Shown one piece after another: positions 20,630-31,115 of a DNA stretch of 64,000 bases (position 1 is the first letter of the stretch; every line of letters starts with the position of its first letter). Under the pieces are notes generated by a model that was given only the letters and a program-made list of their open reading frames with translations, searched no databases and was not told where the DNA came from. The stretch lies in NCBI GenBank assembly GCA_038893355.1, contig JAWARQ010000004.1, positions 32,001-96,000 of the forward strand. Reading direction: 5' to 3'. The position numbers and the translations under genes were made by a program. The stretch comes from Sulfolobaceae archaeon. GTDB taxonomy: Archaea; Thermoproteota; Thermoprotei_A; Sulfolobales; Sulfolobaceae.

Positions 20630-21282
20630 TCTATCGCTTCTGATAAATTTTTCACCTTGTTATTAATATTTAAGTCATTATAAAAATTAAATCTGTCAAG
20701 AAGAATAGGAGTTATGTGAGCCCTTTTAGCACCTTCTACATCTATTTCATAAACATCGCCGATGTGAATACAATCCCTTAAATCTACATCCCCAATACTT
20801 TTGCATGCTTTATAGAAAACTAATGGGTGTGGTTTCATTAATTTAAGGTCACAAGAAGCTATAATTTTATCAATATACTGTGAAATTCCCAATTCTCTAA
20901 TTATTTTATAAACTCTCCTAGTAGCATTAGTAGTTAGTACGATATGAATTCCCAATTCTCTAATTGATTTTAAGAAGTTTAAAGAGTCTGGATATAACTC
21001 ATAAGATTCTCCTATGATTTTTGTAGTACTCAATTCCTCTATTATTTCCTTTCTAGGAATTATATTTAAAGTATAGAGAAGTTCTTTATAGTCTGGCCTA
21101 GCTAAGCCATCTAGCTCTGCATCTGGATATAATTTATTTGCTAGATTTTTAACTACTGCTCTAAACACATATTTTTCAGGAATATTATATCCAAATTTTT
21201 TTAGAGTTAAATAAATATTTTCATAAAATCTTGGTCTAAAAGAAACTAATGTCTCACCCATATCAATACTTACTACTTTCAT
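20602..21282 (-). CDS. HAD-IA family hydrolase
   Basis: DMGETL, TN, KPHP, HIGDVYEIDVEGA. Confidence 0.9.
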   Translation of the reverse strand: MKVVSIDMGETLVSFRPRFYENIYLTLKKFGYNIPEKYVFRAVVKNLANKLYPDAELDGLARPDYKELLYTLNIIPRKEIIEELSTTKIIGESYELYPDSLNFLKSIRELGIHIVLTTNATRRVYKIIRELGISQYIDKIIASCDLKLMKPHPLVFYKACKSIGDVDLRDCIHIGDVYEIDVEGAKRAHITPILLDRFNFYNDLNINNKVKNLSEAIELVRKIWNL

Positions 21283-21590
21283 ACTACTTTCACTGCATAA
21301 AATCTTGGTGATAATATTTTATTAGATTTGCATCTTGGACATCTGCTGGGCATTTTAATTCTTTTATCTGTATTGAATACAAATCCACATTCTTTACATA
21401 CAGCTGGAATTATTATTACTTTATAACCTCTTCTCTTTGAGGATTTAAATATATGAGTAATATGTTCATATACTTCTTTTTCTCTACTTATTTTTAGTAT
21501 ACTCTTTATTTCTTTTGCAGAAATAGGTTCGGAGGAATTTATTAGGAGAAGAAAAATCTTTTCCCTAGTTGTTAATAAAGCTTTAGACAA
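21279..21590 (-). CDS. HTH plus Zn-ribbon predicted transcriptional regulator
   Basis: TTREKI HTH; CKECGF and CPRCKS. Confidence 0.85.
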   Translation of the reverse strand: MSKALLTTREKIFLLLINSSEPISAKEIKSILKISREKEVYEHITHIFKSSKRRGYKVIIIPAVCKECGFVFNTDKRIKMPSRCPRCKSNKILSPRFYAVKVV

Positions 21591-21606
21591 GCTCGCTCGT
21601 ATTAAA

Positions 21607-22644
21607 TTAGGAATTAGAACTTAATATTTTTGAATATATTTCTTCGACTCTAGAAAGGAGTTGCGAATTAGTAATGCCTCGAGAGAACGCTAAAGATGCT
21701 AGACCACCGGCTCCTACTCCTTCCTTTACATAACCTTTTTCATATAGTCTTAATCCATCAAATCGTGAATTAGAAAAGTTAATCATTGAAACTATTAATT
21801 TTGCATTTACTTGCTTAACTAAATCTAATATATTTGATGACTTGTCCTCTAGTATCCATCTAGTAGTACCTATAGCTACAGATTTTATTTTATCACTATC
21901 TAATTCCCTGATTATTGCTGCTGCAGCAGCCATCTGAGTACCTCCTGCAAGAAGAACTTTACCCTTAAACCCTGTTGCTATTGCTGCTATCGCTATTAAA
22001 ACTGGATCAGAAACTTTTGAAAGCTTCCCTATAAAATCTTTTGGTAAGTCTTTTAATGCTTCTTTGACGATACTTATTTTTAGCTCCATTGGATTTATAG
22101 GCGATGCAGAACTTACTTTTCCAATTGCATTGTATCCTAATGCCTCTAATACCGCCATCGCGGTAGTAGTGCCTGCAGGTATTGATTCTCCAATAATTAT
22201 AAGTTTAAATAAGTTAGATAATTCCTCTCCTAGCCTAATTCCGTTATCAATAATTCTCTTTACTACTTCTTCGCGTAATGATCTTTTTCTAATATCTCCA
22301 CCAGGTTCTCCACCAAGTGAAATGTATGGAATATTTGGCTTTATTGATGAACCTGCATCTACTACAAGCTTCAAGGGATTTAACATAGATATTACTGCTC
22401 TACTAATAATTGCTGGAGTAGGTAAACCCTCTGGTGAAACTGGGATAGTATTAATTACTTTACACTTTTCATAGTAAATAAACTCAGCATCTGCAGCAGG
22501 CGTAAAGTGGGTTAGTTCTGGAGTGGCTCCTGCTATTGTAAGTCCTGGGATCTTACTTATTTCAGTAGTTCCTATTACTAGTAGGTAAATAAATGGTTCT
22601 AGTTTTAATTCATCAGCAAAAGAACCATTATACTCCTTAATCAT
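21607..22644 (-). CDS. cobT: Archaeal nicotinate-nucleotide phosphoribosyltransferase CobT
   Basis: TPAADAE, GESIPAGTTTA, LAGGTQM, VKEGVGAGG. Confidence 0.88.
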   Translation of the reverse strand: MIKEYNGSFADELKLEPFIYLLVIGTTEISKIPGLTIAGATPELTHFTPAADAEFIYYEKCKVINTIPVSPEGLPTPAIISRAVISMLNPLKLVVDAGSSIKPNIPYISLGGEPGGDIRKRSLREEVVKRIIDNGIRLGEELSNLFKLIIIGESIPAGTTTAMAVLEALGYNAIGKVSSASPINPMELKISIVKEALKDLPKDFIGKLSKVSDPVLIAIAAIATGFKGKVLLAGGTQMAAAAAIIRELDSDKIKSVAIGTTRWILEDKSSNILDLVKQVNAKLIVSMINFSNSRFDGLRLYEKGYVKEGVGAGGLASLAFSRGITNSQLLSRVEEIYSKILSSNS

Positions 22645-22679
22645 AAAAGCTTACTTTTATGTAGGACTTTTAAATATTG

Positions 22680-23024
22680 ATGTTTTGGGAATATTATAGA
22701 AAGGTTGAAAAGGGCCTAAGTGTTCCAATTGAAGATTTTAAGTACAACATAATTATTAAGGAAGAGGTTAAGGAAGGGATAAGAGGTTTAATGAAAATAT
22801 TAGAAGAAAAAATAAAAAAAATTACAAATAAGAATAATATTGAAGAAGGATTAGTTGAGTTACTTTCTAATTCAAGAATTTCTCCTGCACTATATCAAGA
22901 AATGGTTGATATACTAAGGTTATATAAAAAATTGGATGTAGTTGAGGATGAGATATTGTACAGTATGCTAGTGAGAATTTTAGAAGATATTGAAGAACTG
23001 TATACAATCATAGGTAGTCATTAA
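22680..23024 (+). CDS. Hypothetical alpha-helical protein (possibly degenerate HEPN/DUF86-like)
   Basis: Helical 114-aa ORF, no RxxxxH motif. Confidence 0.6.
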   Translation: MFWEYYRKVEKGLSVPIEDFKYNIIIKEEVKEGIRGLMKILEEKIKKITNKNNIEEGLVELLSNSRISPALYQEMVDILRLYKKLDVVEDEILYSMLVRILEDIEELYTIIGSH

Positions 23025-23069
23025 TAATTTTAACTATAAGTAAAGAATAAAGCAAAATAATTAATAATT

Positions 23070-24185
23070 TTAATTATAATATTTAGATATTATATTAATT
23101 GTTTTCTTAATCTCCTCTTCTGTATTATAGAAATGAGTAGATATCCTTATTCCACCACCTCTAGCTGAAACTATTATATTCTTCTCATATAACTTTTCAA
23201 CTATGGCTTTAGGATCTCTTGCTGATATAATTACAATTCCTGCCCTTTTATCAATCGGGGTTATAACTTCAAGACCTTTAGATTTTGCCTCTTCTATCAC
23301 TAATCTAGATAATCTTAGTACATTTTCTTCAATCTGTTCAATATTTTCGCTTAGAATCTCGCAAGATTTAGCTAAACCAGCTATTGCAGAAACGTCTAAA
23401 GTACCAATTTCAAATCTCCTAGGCCCTTTCTCTAATTCAAATACAGTCGCATTAAAATCTAAATAATTCCTAGTAGTTTTCCAACCATAAAAAGGAGGAT
23501 CTTTTATCATACCTTCCCTAACATAAAGAAATCCAGAGCCATGTGGTGCCATTAACCATTTATAACTTCCAGCTACTGCAAAGTCAACATCTAGGTCTTT
23601 TACGTCGACCTTTATTGCACCAGCACTCTGAATAACGTCTAAAAGAACTAGCGCTCCTTGACTGTGTGCTTCCTTAGTAATCTTCTTTACATCGACTTTG
23701 AGGCCAGTATTAAAACTTACATGACTTATTGCAATTAATTTAGTCTTTTTTGTTAAATTATTTAAAATATCTTCTTCAAAATTATTAATTTTTACATTGA
23801 TAATTTTAACTAAAATTCCTTTATTTTTTAATTTTAGAAATGGATAAACAACTGTTGGAAATTCTAGATTATCTGTTATTATTTCATCACCTTCACTAAG
23901 TTCTAAACCATGTGCAACTATATTAACTCCATATGAGGTATTAGGGATGAAGGAAACTTCTTCTGGTGTTGAATTTATTAACTTTGCGACTTTTTCTCTT
24001 GCCCACATTAAGTCATCCTTTTCTAATTCATTTACAGCTATACTTCCCTTCATTGAGATTTCCATTTGTACTCTAATGCTCTCCATTAAGACTGGAAGAG
24101 GGGGTGGCGATACTGATGCATGATTAAGATAAATACTACTACTTATAGCTGGTACTAATTTTCTGAATTCTGAAATATCAATCAT
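23070..24185 (-). CDS. Class V PLP-dependent aminotransferase/lyase
   Basis: YLNHASVSP, DVIQSAG, SYKWL (PLP Lys), RFEIGT, RISTHFYN. Confidence 0.9.
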   Translation of the reverse strand: MIDISEFRKLVPAISSSIYLNHASVSPPPLPVLMESIRVQMEISMKGSIAVNELEKDDLMWAREKVAKLINSTPEEVSFIPNTSYGVNIVAHGLELSEGDEIITDNLEFPTVVYPFLKLKNKGILVKIINVKINNFEEDILNNLTKKTKLIAISHVSFNTGLKVDVKKITKEAHSQGALVLLDVIQSAGAIKVDVKDLDVDFAVAGSYKWLMAPHGSGFLYVREGMIKDPPFYGWKTTRNYLDFNATVFELEKGPRRFEIGTLDVSAIAGLAKSCEILSENIEQIEENVLRLSRLVIEEAKSKGLEVITPIDKRAGIVIISARDPKAIVEKLYEKNIIVSARGGGIRISTHFYNTEEEIKKTINIISKYYN

Positions 24186-25893
24186 GTTTATTCTCCTTTA
24201 TTTTATCTTCAATATCTTTAATTACTTCTGGATCCTCAAGGATACTTTTATCTATTGGCTTATTCGTTAACAAGTCCCTAAGTATCTTCCTAGTGATTTT
24301 CCCACTTCTAGATCTTGGTAATTTTTCAACTCTATATACTTTATCGATTACGTATATACTACCTAAACTTTCCCTCACTTTCCTTATTATTTCATCTTCT
24401 TTCACATTTCCTACTACAAAAACTACTAATTTTTCCCCTTTTATCTCATCAGGAACTCCTACTGCAGCAGCTTCAACTACTCCAGGGATTTTAGTGATAA
24501 TATCCTCTACTTCTCCACTAGTTATTCTATGTCCTGCAATTTTTATCATATCATCATCTCTACCAACAATTTTTATATAACCATCTTCAACTAGCGCTAA
24601 ATCTCCAGTGTTATGACATCCAAATTTTTCGAAGTATTCTAAGTATTTTTGGTAATTGTTATAAATACCAATAAATTGTGTAGGAAATGGCTCTCGTGCA
24701 ACTAAATAGCCTATTTCTCTTTCTTTAACACGATTACCCTTTTCATCAACAACTTCTATAACTGCACCAGGCAGAGGAACTCCAGAAAAACCCTTCTTTG
24801 GGCTTACATTATCTAAGGAGTATGGTATTCCTATTACATAACCTAACTCAGTTTGACCATATATATCTGTTACCTTATCAGCATGCTTTTCTGCGTATTC
24901 CCAACTCTTCTCATCAAATATTTCCCCTGCAGTTGCAATAAATTCGACTCTAGGTATATTTATACCATATTTAATTAATAATCTTAAAAATGTAGGAGAA
25001 GTGAAAAATACTTTAGGCTTTAAAGTGTCTATAAGTTTAACTATTCTATCTTTTGGATGATCGGGAGCACCTTCTATGAATGCAAAAATTGATCCATGTA
25101 GTAAAGTACCATAAAATATCCTAGAAAAGGTTATCCATCCAACATCTGCAGTGGTAAGTACTATATCATTTGGTCTAAGGTTAAATATTACGTTAAATAC
25201 AGAATAATCCCCTACCATCCATGCACCGTGAGGTAAGATTGCTCCCTTAGGCTTACCAGTAGTTCCTGAAGTATACATGACCTTTAAAGGTTCATTAGCT
25301 TCTATAGGTACTGGTTCAACTTTATCTTCATATTTTATTATTTCATTCCTTATCTTATCTCTATCCAATATTACATTTCCTAATTCTGTATAGAGGGGTA
25401 TTTTAGTACCTCTCCTTATTGTGTAGTTAGTAGTAACTACTAGATCGGGAGAAAAATCTTTTATTCTATACCACACCGCATCTCTTCCCAAACCAGCAAA
25501 TATTAGATTGTATACTATACCTATTCTTGCAGCCCCTAGGATTAGAAATAGTGTTTCTGGAATATTAGGCATATATAAGCTTATTTTACTATTTTTACGT
25601 AAACCCTTATTAATAAGAAAATTTGCTGATGCTTCTACAAATTTTTTTACTTCTTTATAGTTAAACTCTTCTAACTTTCCATCTTCTGATTGCCATATTA
25701 GTGCAGTTCCATTATTTCTATCAACTGCATTATAAGAGATATTTGTTAATCCTCCTTCGAACCAGATACCCTTAAAGCCCTCCTTTCTAAAAGCCCTCTT
25801 CCATCTTTTAAACCAATGTAATTTTTCAGCAACTTGAGACCAGTATTCTTCTTTTTTCTCTATCGAGAATTTATACAAAGTATAGTAATCCAA
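24178..25893 (-). CDS. AMP-forming acyl-CoA synthetase
   Basis: YTSGTTGKPKG, YGQTE, TGD, LPRSRSGKI. Confidence 0.9.
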   Translation of the reverse strand: MDYYTLYKFSIEKKEEYWSQVAEKLHWFKRWKRAFRKEGFKGIWFEGGLTNISYNAVDRNNGTALIWQSEDGKLEEFNYKEVKKFVEASANFLINKGLRKNSKISLYMPNIPETLFLILGAARIGIVYNLIFAGLGRDAVWYRIKDFSPDLVVTTNYTIRRGTKIPLYTELGNVILDRDKIRNEIIKYEDKVEPVPIEANEPLKVMYTSGTTGKPKGAILPHGAWMVGDYSVFNVIFNLRPNDIVLTTADVGWITFSRIFYGTLLHGSIFAFIEGAPDHPKDRIVKLIDTLKPKVFFTSPTFLRLLIKYGINIPRVEFIATAGEIFDEKSWEYAEKHADKVTDIYGQTELGYVIGIPYSLDNVSPKKGFSGVPLPGAVIEVVDEKGNRVKEREIGYLVAREPFPTQFIGIYNNYQKYLEYFEKFGCHNTGDLALVEDGYIKIVGRDDDMIKIAGHRITSGEVEDIITKIPGVVEAAAVGVPDEIKGEKLVVFVVGNVKEDEIIRKVRESLGSIYVIDKVYRVEKLPRSRSGKITRKILRDLLTNKPIDKSILEDPEVIKDIEDKIKENKHD

Positions 25894-25902
25894 CTTATAA
25901 AA

Positions 25903-26379
25903 TTATTCTCGCTGAAGTTTCAAAAGTTTTCCGCCACATATCGGGCATTCGTTGTAATATATAATATATTCTCTTTTACAAGATTTACATATATATTTAT
26001 ATGTTTTTTGTTTAATATTAATTTTCCTTAATTTTACTGTTTTATAATTTATTTTTAAATAATTTAATATATTTATTATTGATATATCATCCGTAATTAC
26101 AATTGATGGTTTTAAATCGATAGCTAACGCTATAATAGAAATATCAGCTCTTGATAACGAATACTCTCCTATTAATTTTGACACACTAAGTACTAAAGAT
26201 ACACTTTCCTTAGAAGGTTCAATTACTTTCACTTTACCTGCTTCAAGTGAATATGATAGTAAAGTGTTTGATAGGTTATCTTTAACTTCATCAAGTACTT
26301 CATTTGTCGTATAGACTTCTTCATAAAGGTTTTGTAAACCAGCTAAAAATCCTGCTGTATCAAATATTACTCTTTGCAT
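25903..26379 (-). CDS. nob1: Nob1-like PIN endonuclease
   Basis: FDTAGFL, LSRAD, TDD; Zn ribbon CKSC...CPICG. Confidence 0.88.
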   Translation of the reverse strand: MQRVIFDTAGFLAGLQNLYEEVYTTNEVLDEVKDNLSNTLLSYSLEAGKVKVIEPSKESVSLVLSVSKLIGEYSLSRADISIIALAIDLKPSIVITDDISIINILNYLKINYKTVKLRKINIKQKTYKYICKSCKREYIIYYNECPICGGKLLKLQRE

Positions 26380-27128
26380 ACTAATTCTTTAAATACATTT
26401 ATCTGATTAAATCTATAAATTATTCCTTTATGGTTTTTGCTAACGTTAACTTTTAGGAACCTATCACGTGATACTAATACGGAATTAATAATTTCACCGT
26501 CAGAAATTACTCTTACGATTTGTGGTCTACCTTTTTCTTCTAATGTAATTTTAATCTCAACATCACTAGGGAATATTATTGACCTTAAGTTAGATTTTAC
26601 GGGGTTTAGTATAGTTAGCTGTATTATAGGTAATATTTTATACACGACTGTACTAGTAATATAGAATGACCACGCCCAATTACCTTGTGGTGTTGAAACT
26701 ATAACACCATCTCCTTCAAAAGATAATATCTTATCATTATTTACAATTATGTTACCTAATATTGTCTGCGGTTTCTCATAAACGATTCCAACTTCATTAA
26801 ATGCTAAACCTCTTACCCCATTAAGCTCATATTCTAATAATGGAAATTCCTCTATAGAATAATTCAGATTTAACAATCTTTCTACAACCTCTTCCAGTTG
26901 TTCTGCTTCAACGTCTAGTAAATACGCCTTTCTACCGGCCTTTATACCAATTATGGGTTTGCCAAGCTTGATAGCTCTAATTAAAGTCCCATCTCCACCA
27001 ACTACGAAAACTACATCTGGGTTATTTCCATCAATTTCTATTCCCTTGCTTTTTAGAATTCTAATTAATTCTTCTTCAATTTTTCTAGATCTTTCCGAAC
27101 CACTACTTACTATCTTTGCCTTAACCAT
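26367..27128 (-). CDS. nadK: NAD kinase
   Basis: GGDGT, NE, GDGVIVSTPQG. Confidence 0.88.
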   Translation of the reverse strand: MVKAKIVSSGSERSRKIEEELIRILKSKGIEIDGNNPDVVFVVGGDGTLIRAIKLGKPIIGIKAGRKAYLLDVEAEQLEEVVERLLNLNYSIEEFPLLEYELNGVRGLAFNEVGIVYEKPQTILGNIIVNNDKILSFEGDGVIVSTPQGNWAWSFYITSTVVYKILPIIQLTILNPVKSNLRSIIFPSDVEIKITLEEKGRPQIVRVISDGEIINSVLVSRDRFLKVNVSKNHKGIIYRFNQINVFKELVCKE

Positions 27129-27163
27129 CGGCTATTATAGAGTTGTTTTCGATCTATTAATAC

Positions 27164-27532
27164 TTAACTAATCTGTATTACTTCAAGCCTTTCATTTGCC
27201 CTTAATATAACATTTACACTAAAAAATCTACTATCATTAATTATCTCTATTTGTGTATTATTAAAAGTCAATAATCTTATTTTAAATATTTTAATATATA
27301 TATTGTTATATTTTAGAGTTATCCAATTATTAGCACCTTCTACTACTATTACACATCTTCCACTAATTCTTAGTTTAGCCTTACCCTTAGGTCGAAGATA
27401 TATTCTAGTTTCTTGATAGCTTTCACCAACAAACTTCAAGCCTTCATTTATTATCTTTTTAAAATAGTATATCCATAATATTACAAGAATTATAAAAGGA
27501 AATAGTAAGATTATTAATATCGTAGGCGACAT
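27164..27532 (-). CDS. Hypothetical protein with N-terminal TM helix
   Basis: Hydrophobic N-terminus, beta-rich remainder. Confidence 0.65.
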   Translation of the reverse strand: MSPTILIILLFPFIILVILWIYYFKKIINEGLKFVGESYQETRIYLRPKGKAKLRISGRCVIVVEGANNWITLKYNNIYIKIFKIRLLTFNNTQIEIINDSRFFSVNVILRANERLEVIQIS

Positions 27533-27606
27533 ACTAATACTCGGTTAAATATTTAGAGTATAGGTTTAAATAATATAAGCATAAGTAACTATTGGATAGT
27601 GAGAGT

Positions 27607-28611
27607 ATGAAGGAGTATGATATAATTGTAATAGGCGGAGGACCTACTGGTTTATTTGCTACTTTTTATGCAGGCTTACGCGATATGAATACTTTATTAG
27701 TAGATGCACAAGACGAATTAGGTGGACAGCTAGTAACATTGTATCCAGAGAAAATGGTTTATGATGTAGGTGGCTTTCCGGGAATTCTTGCATATGACTT
27801 AGCACAAAGATTAGTTGAACAAGCAAAGATGTTTGGTCCAGATATCAGAACTAGGGAATGGGTAGATTGGATTGAAAGAGATAATAGTAATGGAATTTGG
27901 ATTGTAAAGACTAACAGTGGAAATGAATTCAGAGCTAAGACAATTTTACTTGCAATGGGTATAGGGAGAATAGTTCCAAATAAATTAGGAGTTAAGGGGG
28001 AGAGTGAATTTGAAGGTAAAGGAGTGTATTATACTGTAAGAAGAAAGAGTGAATTTGAAGGTAAAAGGGTTTTAATAGTTGGTGGCGGAGATTCTGCAGT
28101 TGATTGGGCTCTTACTTTGGCTCCTATAGCTAAGGAGGTTACTCTTATTCATAGGAGAGATCAGTTTAGAGCTCATGAAAGAAGTGTTAGAGAATTATAT
28201 AAAGTGGCTAAAGTTTATACTTGGCATGAATTAAAGGAAGTTAGAGGTGATGGTAATAAAATTACCCAGGCAATAATATTTGATAACAGGACTAAAGATG
28301 AAAAGATTCTTGATGTAGATGCAGTTATAATAAGTATAGGTCATAAGGGTGATTTGGGAAATTTACCGAAATGGGGAGTTAATATGAAAGGTAGAAGTGT
28401 TATAGTAAATCAAAAAATGGAGACAAACTTGCCAGGAGTTTATGCTGCAGGGGATTTAGCAGAAATTGAGGGCTCTCCTAAATTAGCCCTAATAGCTATA
28501 GGTTTTGCACAAGCTGCAATAGCTATTAGTGTTGCTAAAAAATATATTGATCCTAACTCATCATTATTTGCAGGTCATAGTTCAGAAATGGAGAAGCTAG
28601 TTAAGAAATGA
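27607..28611 (+). CDS. Thioredoxin-reductase-like ferredoxin--NADP+ reductase
   Basis: [32 protein letters not shown]; no CxxC. Confidence 0.88.
   Translation: MKEYDIIVIGGGPTGLFATFYAGLRDMNTLLVDAQDELGGQLVTLYPEKMVYDVGGFPGILAYDLAQRLVEQAKMFGPDIRTREWVDWIERDNSNGIWIVKTNSGNEFRAKTILLAMGIGRIVPNKLGVKGESEFEGKGVYYTVRRKSEFEGKRVLIVGGGDSAVDWALTLAPIAKEVTLIHRRDQFRAHERSVRELYKVAKVYTWHELKEVRGDGNKITQAIIFDNRTKDEKILDVDAVIISIGHKGDLGNLPKWGVNMKGRSVIVNQKMETNLPGVYAAGDLAEIEGSPKLALIAIGFAQAAIAISVAKKYIDPNSSLFAGHSSEMEKLVKK
28001..28065. repeat. Exact 20-bp direct repeat, period 45 nt
   Basis: AGAGTGAATTTGAAGGTAAA at 28001-28020 and 28046-28065. Confidence 0.9.
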
Positions 28612-29516
28612 CTTTTTGTATTAAAGTAGAAAAGAAAGATTATAATAATATAAGAAAGATTGTAGAAATTGATAATAATTATATTCCTATTTTTTCTAAA
28701 GAATTTGTTCTAGTACCAGTGAAAAATATCCCAGAAGGCTTTGAAGTCGTAGAATGTAATCCTATTAAAAAAGAAAAGAAGCCAAAATTAAGGGATTTAG
28801 TGAAGGGGGTTAGTAGTTATTATATCATAGGAGATATTGTAATACTCTCGCCAAAGGTAGAGGTTGATAAGAAGAAGTTAGCAGAAGCTATAATGAGTAT
28901 AAATCCTAATGTAAGATCAGTCTTTATTAAGAAAAGGGTAAGTGGCGAATTAAGATTAAACGAGTTAGAGCACGTAGGCGGTATATATAATACTAGAACA
29001 ATATATAAGGAAAATCAAGTTAGATTTGTTGTAGATATTTCAAGAGTATATGTAAACATATCATTAGCTGGTGAAAGGCTCACATTAGTAAAAGAATTGA
29101 AAGATTATAAGAGAATTCTTGATGCGTTTTCGGGATATGGTGCAATTGCATTAAATATTATTCATAAAAATAATAGTTACGTAGTAGCCGGGGATATTAA
29201 TATTGAAGGTTTGTACTTAGCTAAAGAATCTATTAATTTAAATAAGTTTAAGGGCACCATAGACCTTATTCATTATGATGCCCACTTTCTTCCTTTTAGA
29301 GATAAGTCATTTGATGTTTCAATTGGTGATAATCCTACCGTGATTAAAGAATTTATAGAAGAGCTCTGTAGAGTTTCTAAATTTTCGATAATATACTATC
29401 TTTCTTCTTCTCCTCCACCTCAATCCCTTTCACATAATATCCTCAATTGGCGCATTGTTAATGAATATTCTAAAAATCTCTTCATCTATAAGGTATTCAT
29501 TACCTGCAATAACTGA
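28608..29516 (+). CDS. Trm5/Taw2-family tRNA-modifying SAM-dependent transferase
   Basis: [23 protein letters not shown]. Confidence 0.75.
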   Translation: MTFCIKVEKKDYNNIRKIVEIDNNYIPIFSKEFVLVPVKNIPEGFEVVECNPIKKEKKPKLRDLVKGVSSYYIIGDIVILSPKVEVDKKKLAEAIMSINPNVRSVFIKKRVSGELRLNELEHVGGIYNTRTIYKENQVRFVVDISRVYVNISLAGERLTLVKELKDYKRILDAFSGYGAIALNIIHKNNSYVVAGDINIEGLYLAKESINLNKFKGTIDLIHYDAHFLPFRDKSFDVSIGDNPTVIKEFIEELCRVSKFSIIYYLSSSPPPQSLSHNILNWRIVNEYSKNLFIYKVFITCNN

Positions 29517-29924
29517 AACTAGAAAACGTGGTTTTTCAGTTCTAAGTTTGTTTATTAAATCTCTTCTCAAGTCTCTTGCTGATTTATTAGACCTTATTGC
29601 TATTGTAGCATCTGATATGAAGTCGGATTTTCTCACTATTATTTTATTACCATTAGTTAAAGTCAGTTTACTACTTCCCTTACCTTTAACTATTTCATAA
29701 AGTTCATTAGATAAATATATTACAATATAAACATAAGTTTCTTCTCTTATTATAAGTCTTTTTAATTCTTCATCTAAATCTCTTGCACCTTTATTAGCAT
29801 TTATTCCAATAATACAATCTCCACGTAGAGTTAAGTAGTTATCTTTAGTTATTTCAAAGGTAGTTCTATGTTTAGCTCTAATATTTTCATGACCTTCAGC
29901 TATTAAGTGATCTAGTCTTATCAT
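29430..29924 (-). CDS. DUF371 protein
   Basis: GHENIRAKHRTTFEITKD...RGDCIIGI. Confidence 0.88.
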   Translation of the reverse strand: MIRLDHLIAEGHENIRAKHRTTFEITKDNYLTLRGDCIIGINANKGARDLDEELKRLIIREETYVYIVIYLSNELYEIVKGKGSSKLTLTNGNKIIVRKSDFISDATIAIRSNKSARDLRRDLINKLRTEKPRFLVSVIAGNEYLIDEEIFRIFINNAPIEDIM

Positions 29925-30177
29925 CTTTCTTCGCGAGAATAAATGTATAGCCCCTAACTTCTATGAGCTTTGAATTAGTTTTTTCTGCAACCTCCTCTGC
30001 AAATTTTCTTCTATCCTCAACTTTTAACCCTATTCTAACCTTTATCACCTTGGAATATTCTAATCTCCTCTTTATTTCATTTATTACTCCATCCGTAAGA
30101 CCTTTTTTACCTATTCTTACATCAGCATGTCTAGCTTTTGCCTTCTTCACTTTCATTCTTATATCTTCTGAGGACAT
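29896..30177 (-). CDS. YhbY/CRS1 RNA-binding protein
   Basis: VRIGKKGLTDGVINEI, IKVR, VRG. Confidence 0.88.
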   Translation of the reverse strand: MSSEDIRMKVKKAKARHADVRIGKKGLTDGVINEIKRRLEYSKVIKVRIGLKVEDRRKFAEEVAEKTNSKLIEVRGYTFILAKKDDKTRSLNS

Positions 30178-30439
30178 ACCTTCTAATCCAACCACAACAT
30201 ATGCAAGTTCTAATTAAAACTTTTCCTCTTATTCTTCTCCTCTCTGTTAGCCCAGGAATGAGTGGGGTTTTACATTTTCTACAAAACTTCCTTTTTAATT
30301 TTAGAGGAATTTTTACATGTGTTTTAGAGGAATAAACTAGTGCTAATTTAATGTATTCTCTACTTAATTCTAACTCGCCACTTCTTGCTAACTCTTCTGC
30401 CTGTAAGATTAACTTTTCAATTCTTTTTAAGTACCTCAT
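30131..30439 (-). CDS. rnp4: RNase P protein subunit Rpp21
   Basis: KRKFCRKCKTPLIPG...TCICCGWIRRY; ATG 30439 preferred. Confidence 0.9.
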   Translation of the reverse strand: MRYLKRIEKLILQAEELARSGELELSREYIKLALVYSSKTHVKIPLKLKRKFCRKCKTPLIPGLTERRRIRGKVLIRTCICCGWIRRYVLRRYKNESEEGKS

Positions 30440-30443
30440 TCTT

Positions 30444-31115
30444 GTGAAGAAGTTAAAGTTTAACTTAATATTGTTAGAGTCTGCATTGGAATTAGTGCCC
30501 AATGAGATAATTAATCATCCTGCTGTCCTTAAGAATGCAAAAAAGAGAAATAAAAAACCAAATGAAACTATCCTAGATATTTCACTTCACTATTTTGCAA
30601 TGAGGAAATTAAAAGAATGGAAAAAGAGAGGAAGACCAGATATAATTCATCAAGTAATGTTATCCTTTCTCTTAGAATCAGAAGCGATTAAAGGTGAATT
30701 TTATATACATACGTTTGACTCGAGAATCATAAAAGTAAATCCTATAATGAGACCACCTAAGAATTACTATCGATTTATAAGTCTAATGGAACAATTATTA
30801 TTGAAGGGAAGAGTTCCGCCTAAGTCCTCTACACCTTTAATGGAGGTTCTCAATATTTCGTTAAGTGATATTAAGAAAAAATATAAGCTATTATTAATGT
30901 GGGAAAAAGGAAAGAAAATTCAAGGAAATGAGTTATGTAATTATTTAAATGAAGAGTGGATTATAGGTATAGGTGGTTTTCCACATGGAGATTTTAGTAA
31001 AGAGATATTAGATATTGCTGATGAAAAATACAGTATAGCAGATGAAACTCTTGAGGCGTTTCAAGTTGTTAATAGGATTGTATGCTATTGTGGTTATGCT
31101 TTTTCAACTCCATAA
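30444..31115 (+). CDS. nep1: Nep1/Emg1 rRNA pseudouridine methyltransferase
   Basis: ESALELVP, LDISLH, RGRPDIIH, RPPKNYYRF, GGFPHGDF; GTG 30444 preferred. Confidence 0.9.
   Translation: MKKLKFNLILLESALELVPNEIINHPAVLKNAKKRNKKPNETILDISLHYFAMRKLKEWKKRGRPDIIHQVMLSFLLESEAIKGEFYIHTFDSRIIKVNPIMRPPKNYYRFISLMEQLLLKGRVPPKSSTPLMEVLNISLSDIKKKYKLLLMWEKGKKIQGNELCNYLNEEWIIGIGGFPHGDFSKEILDIADEKYSIADETLEAFQVVNRIVCYCGYAFSTP

Noticed and set aside
22680-23024. HEPN toxin of a toxin-antitoxin pair
   Set aside because: No RxxxxH motif and no adjacent nucleotidyltransferase gene
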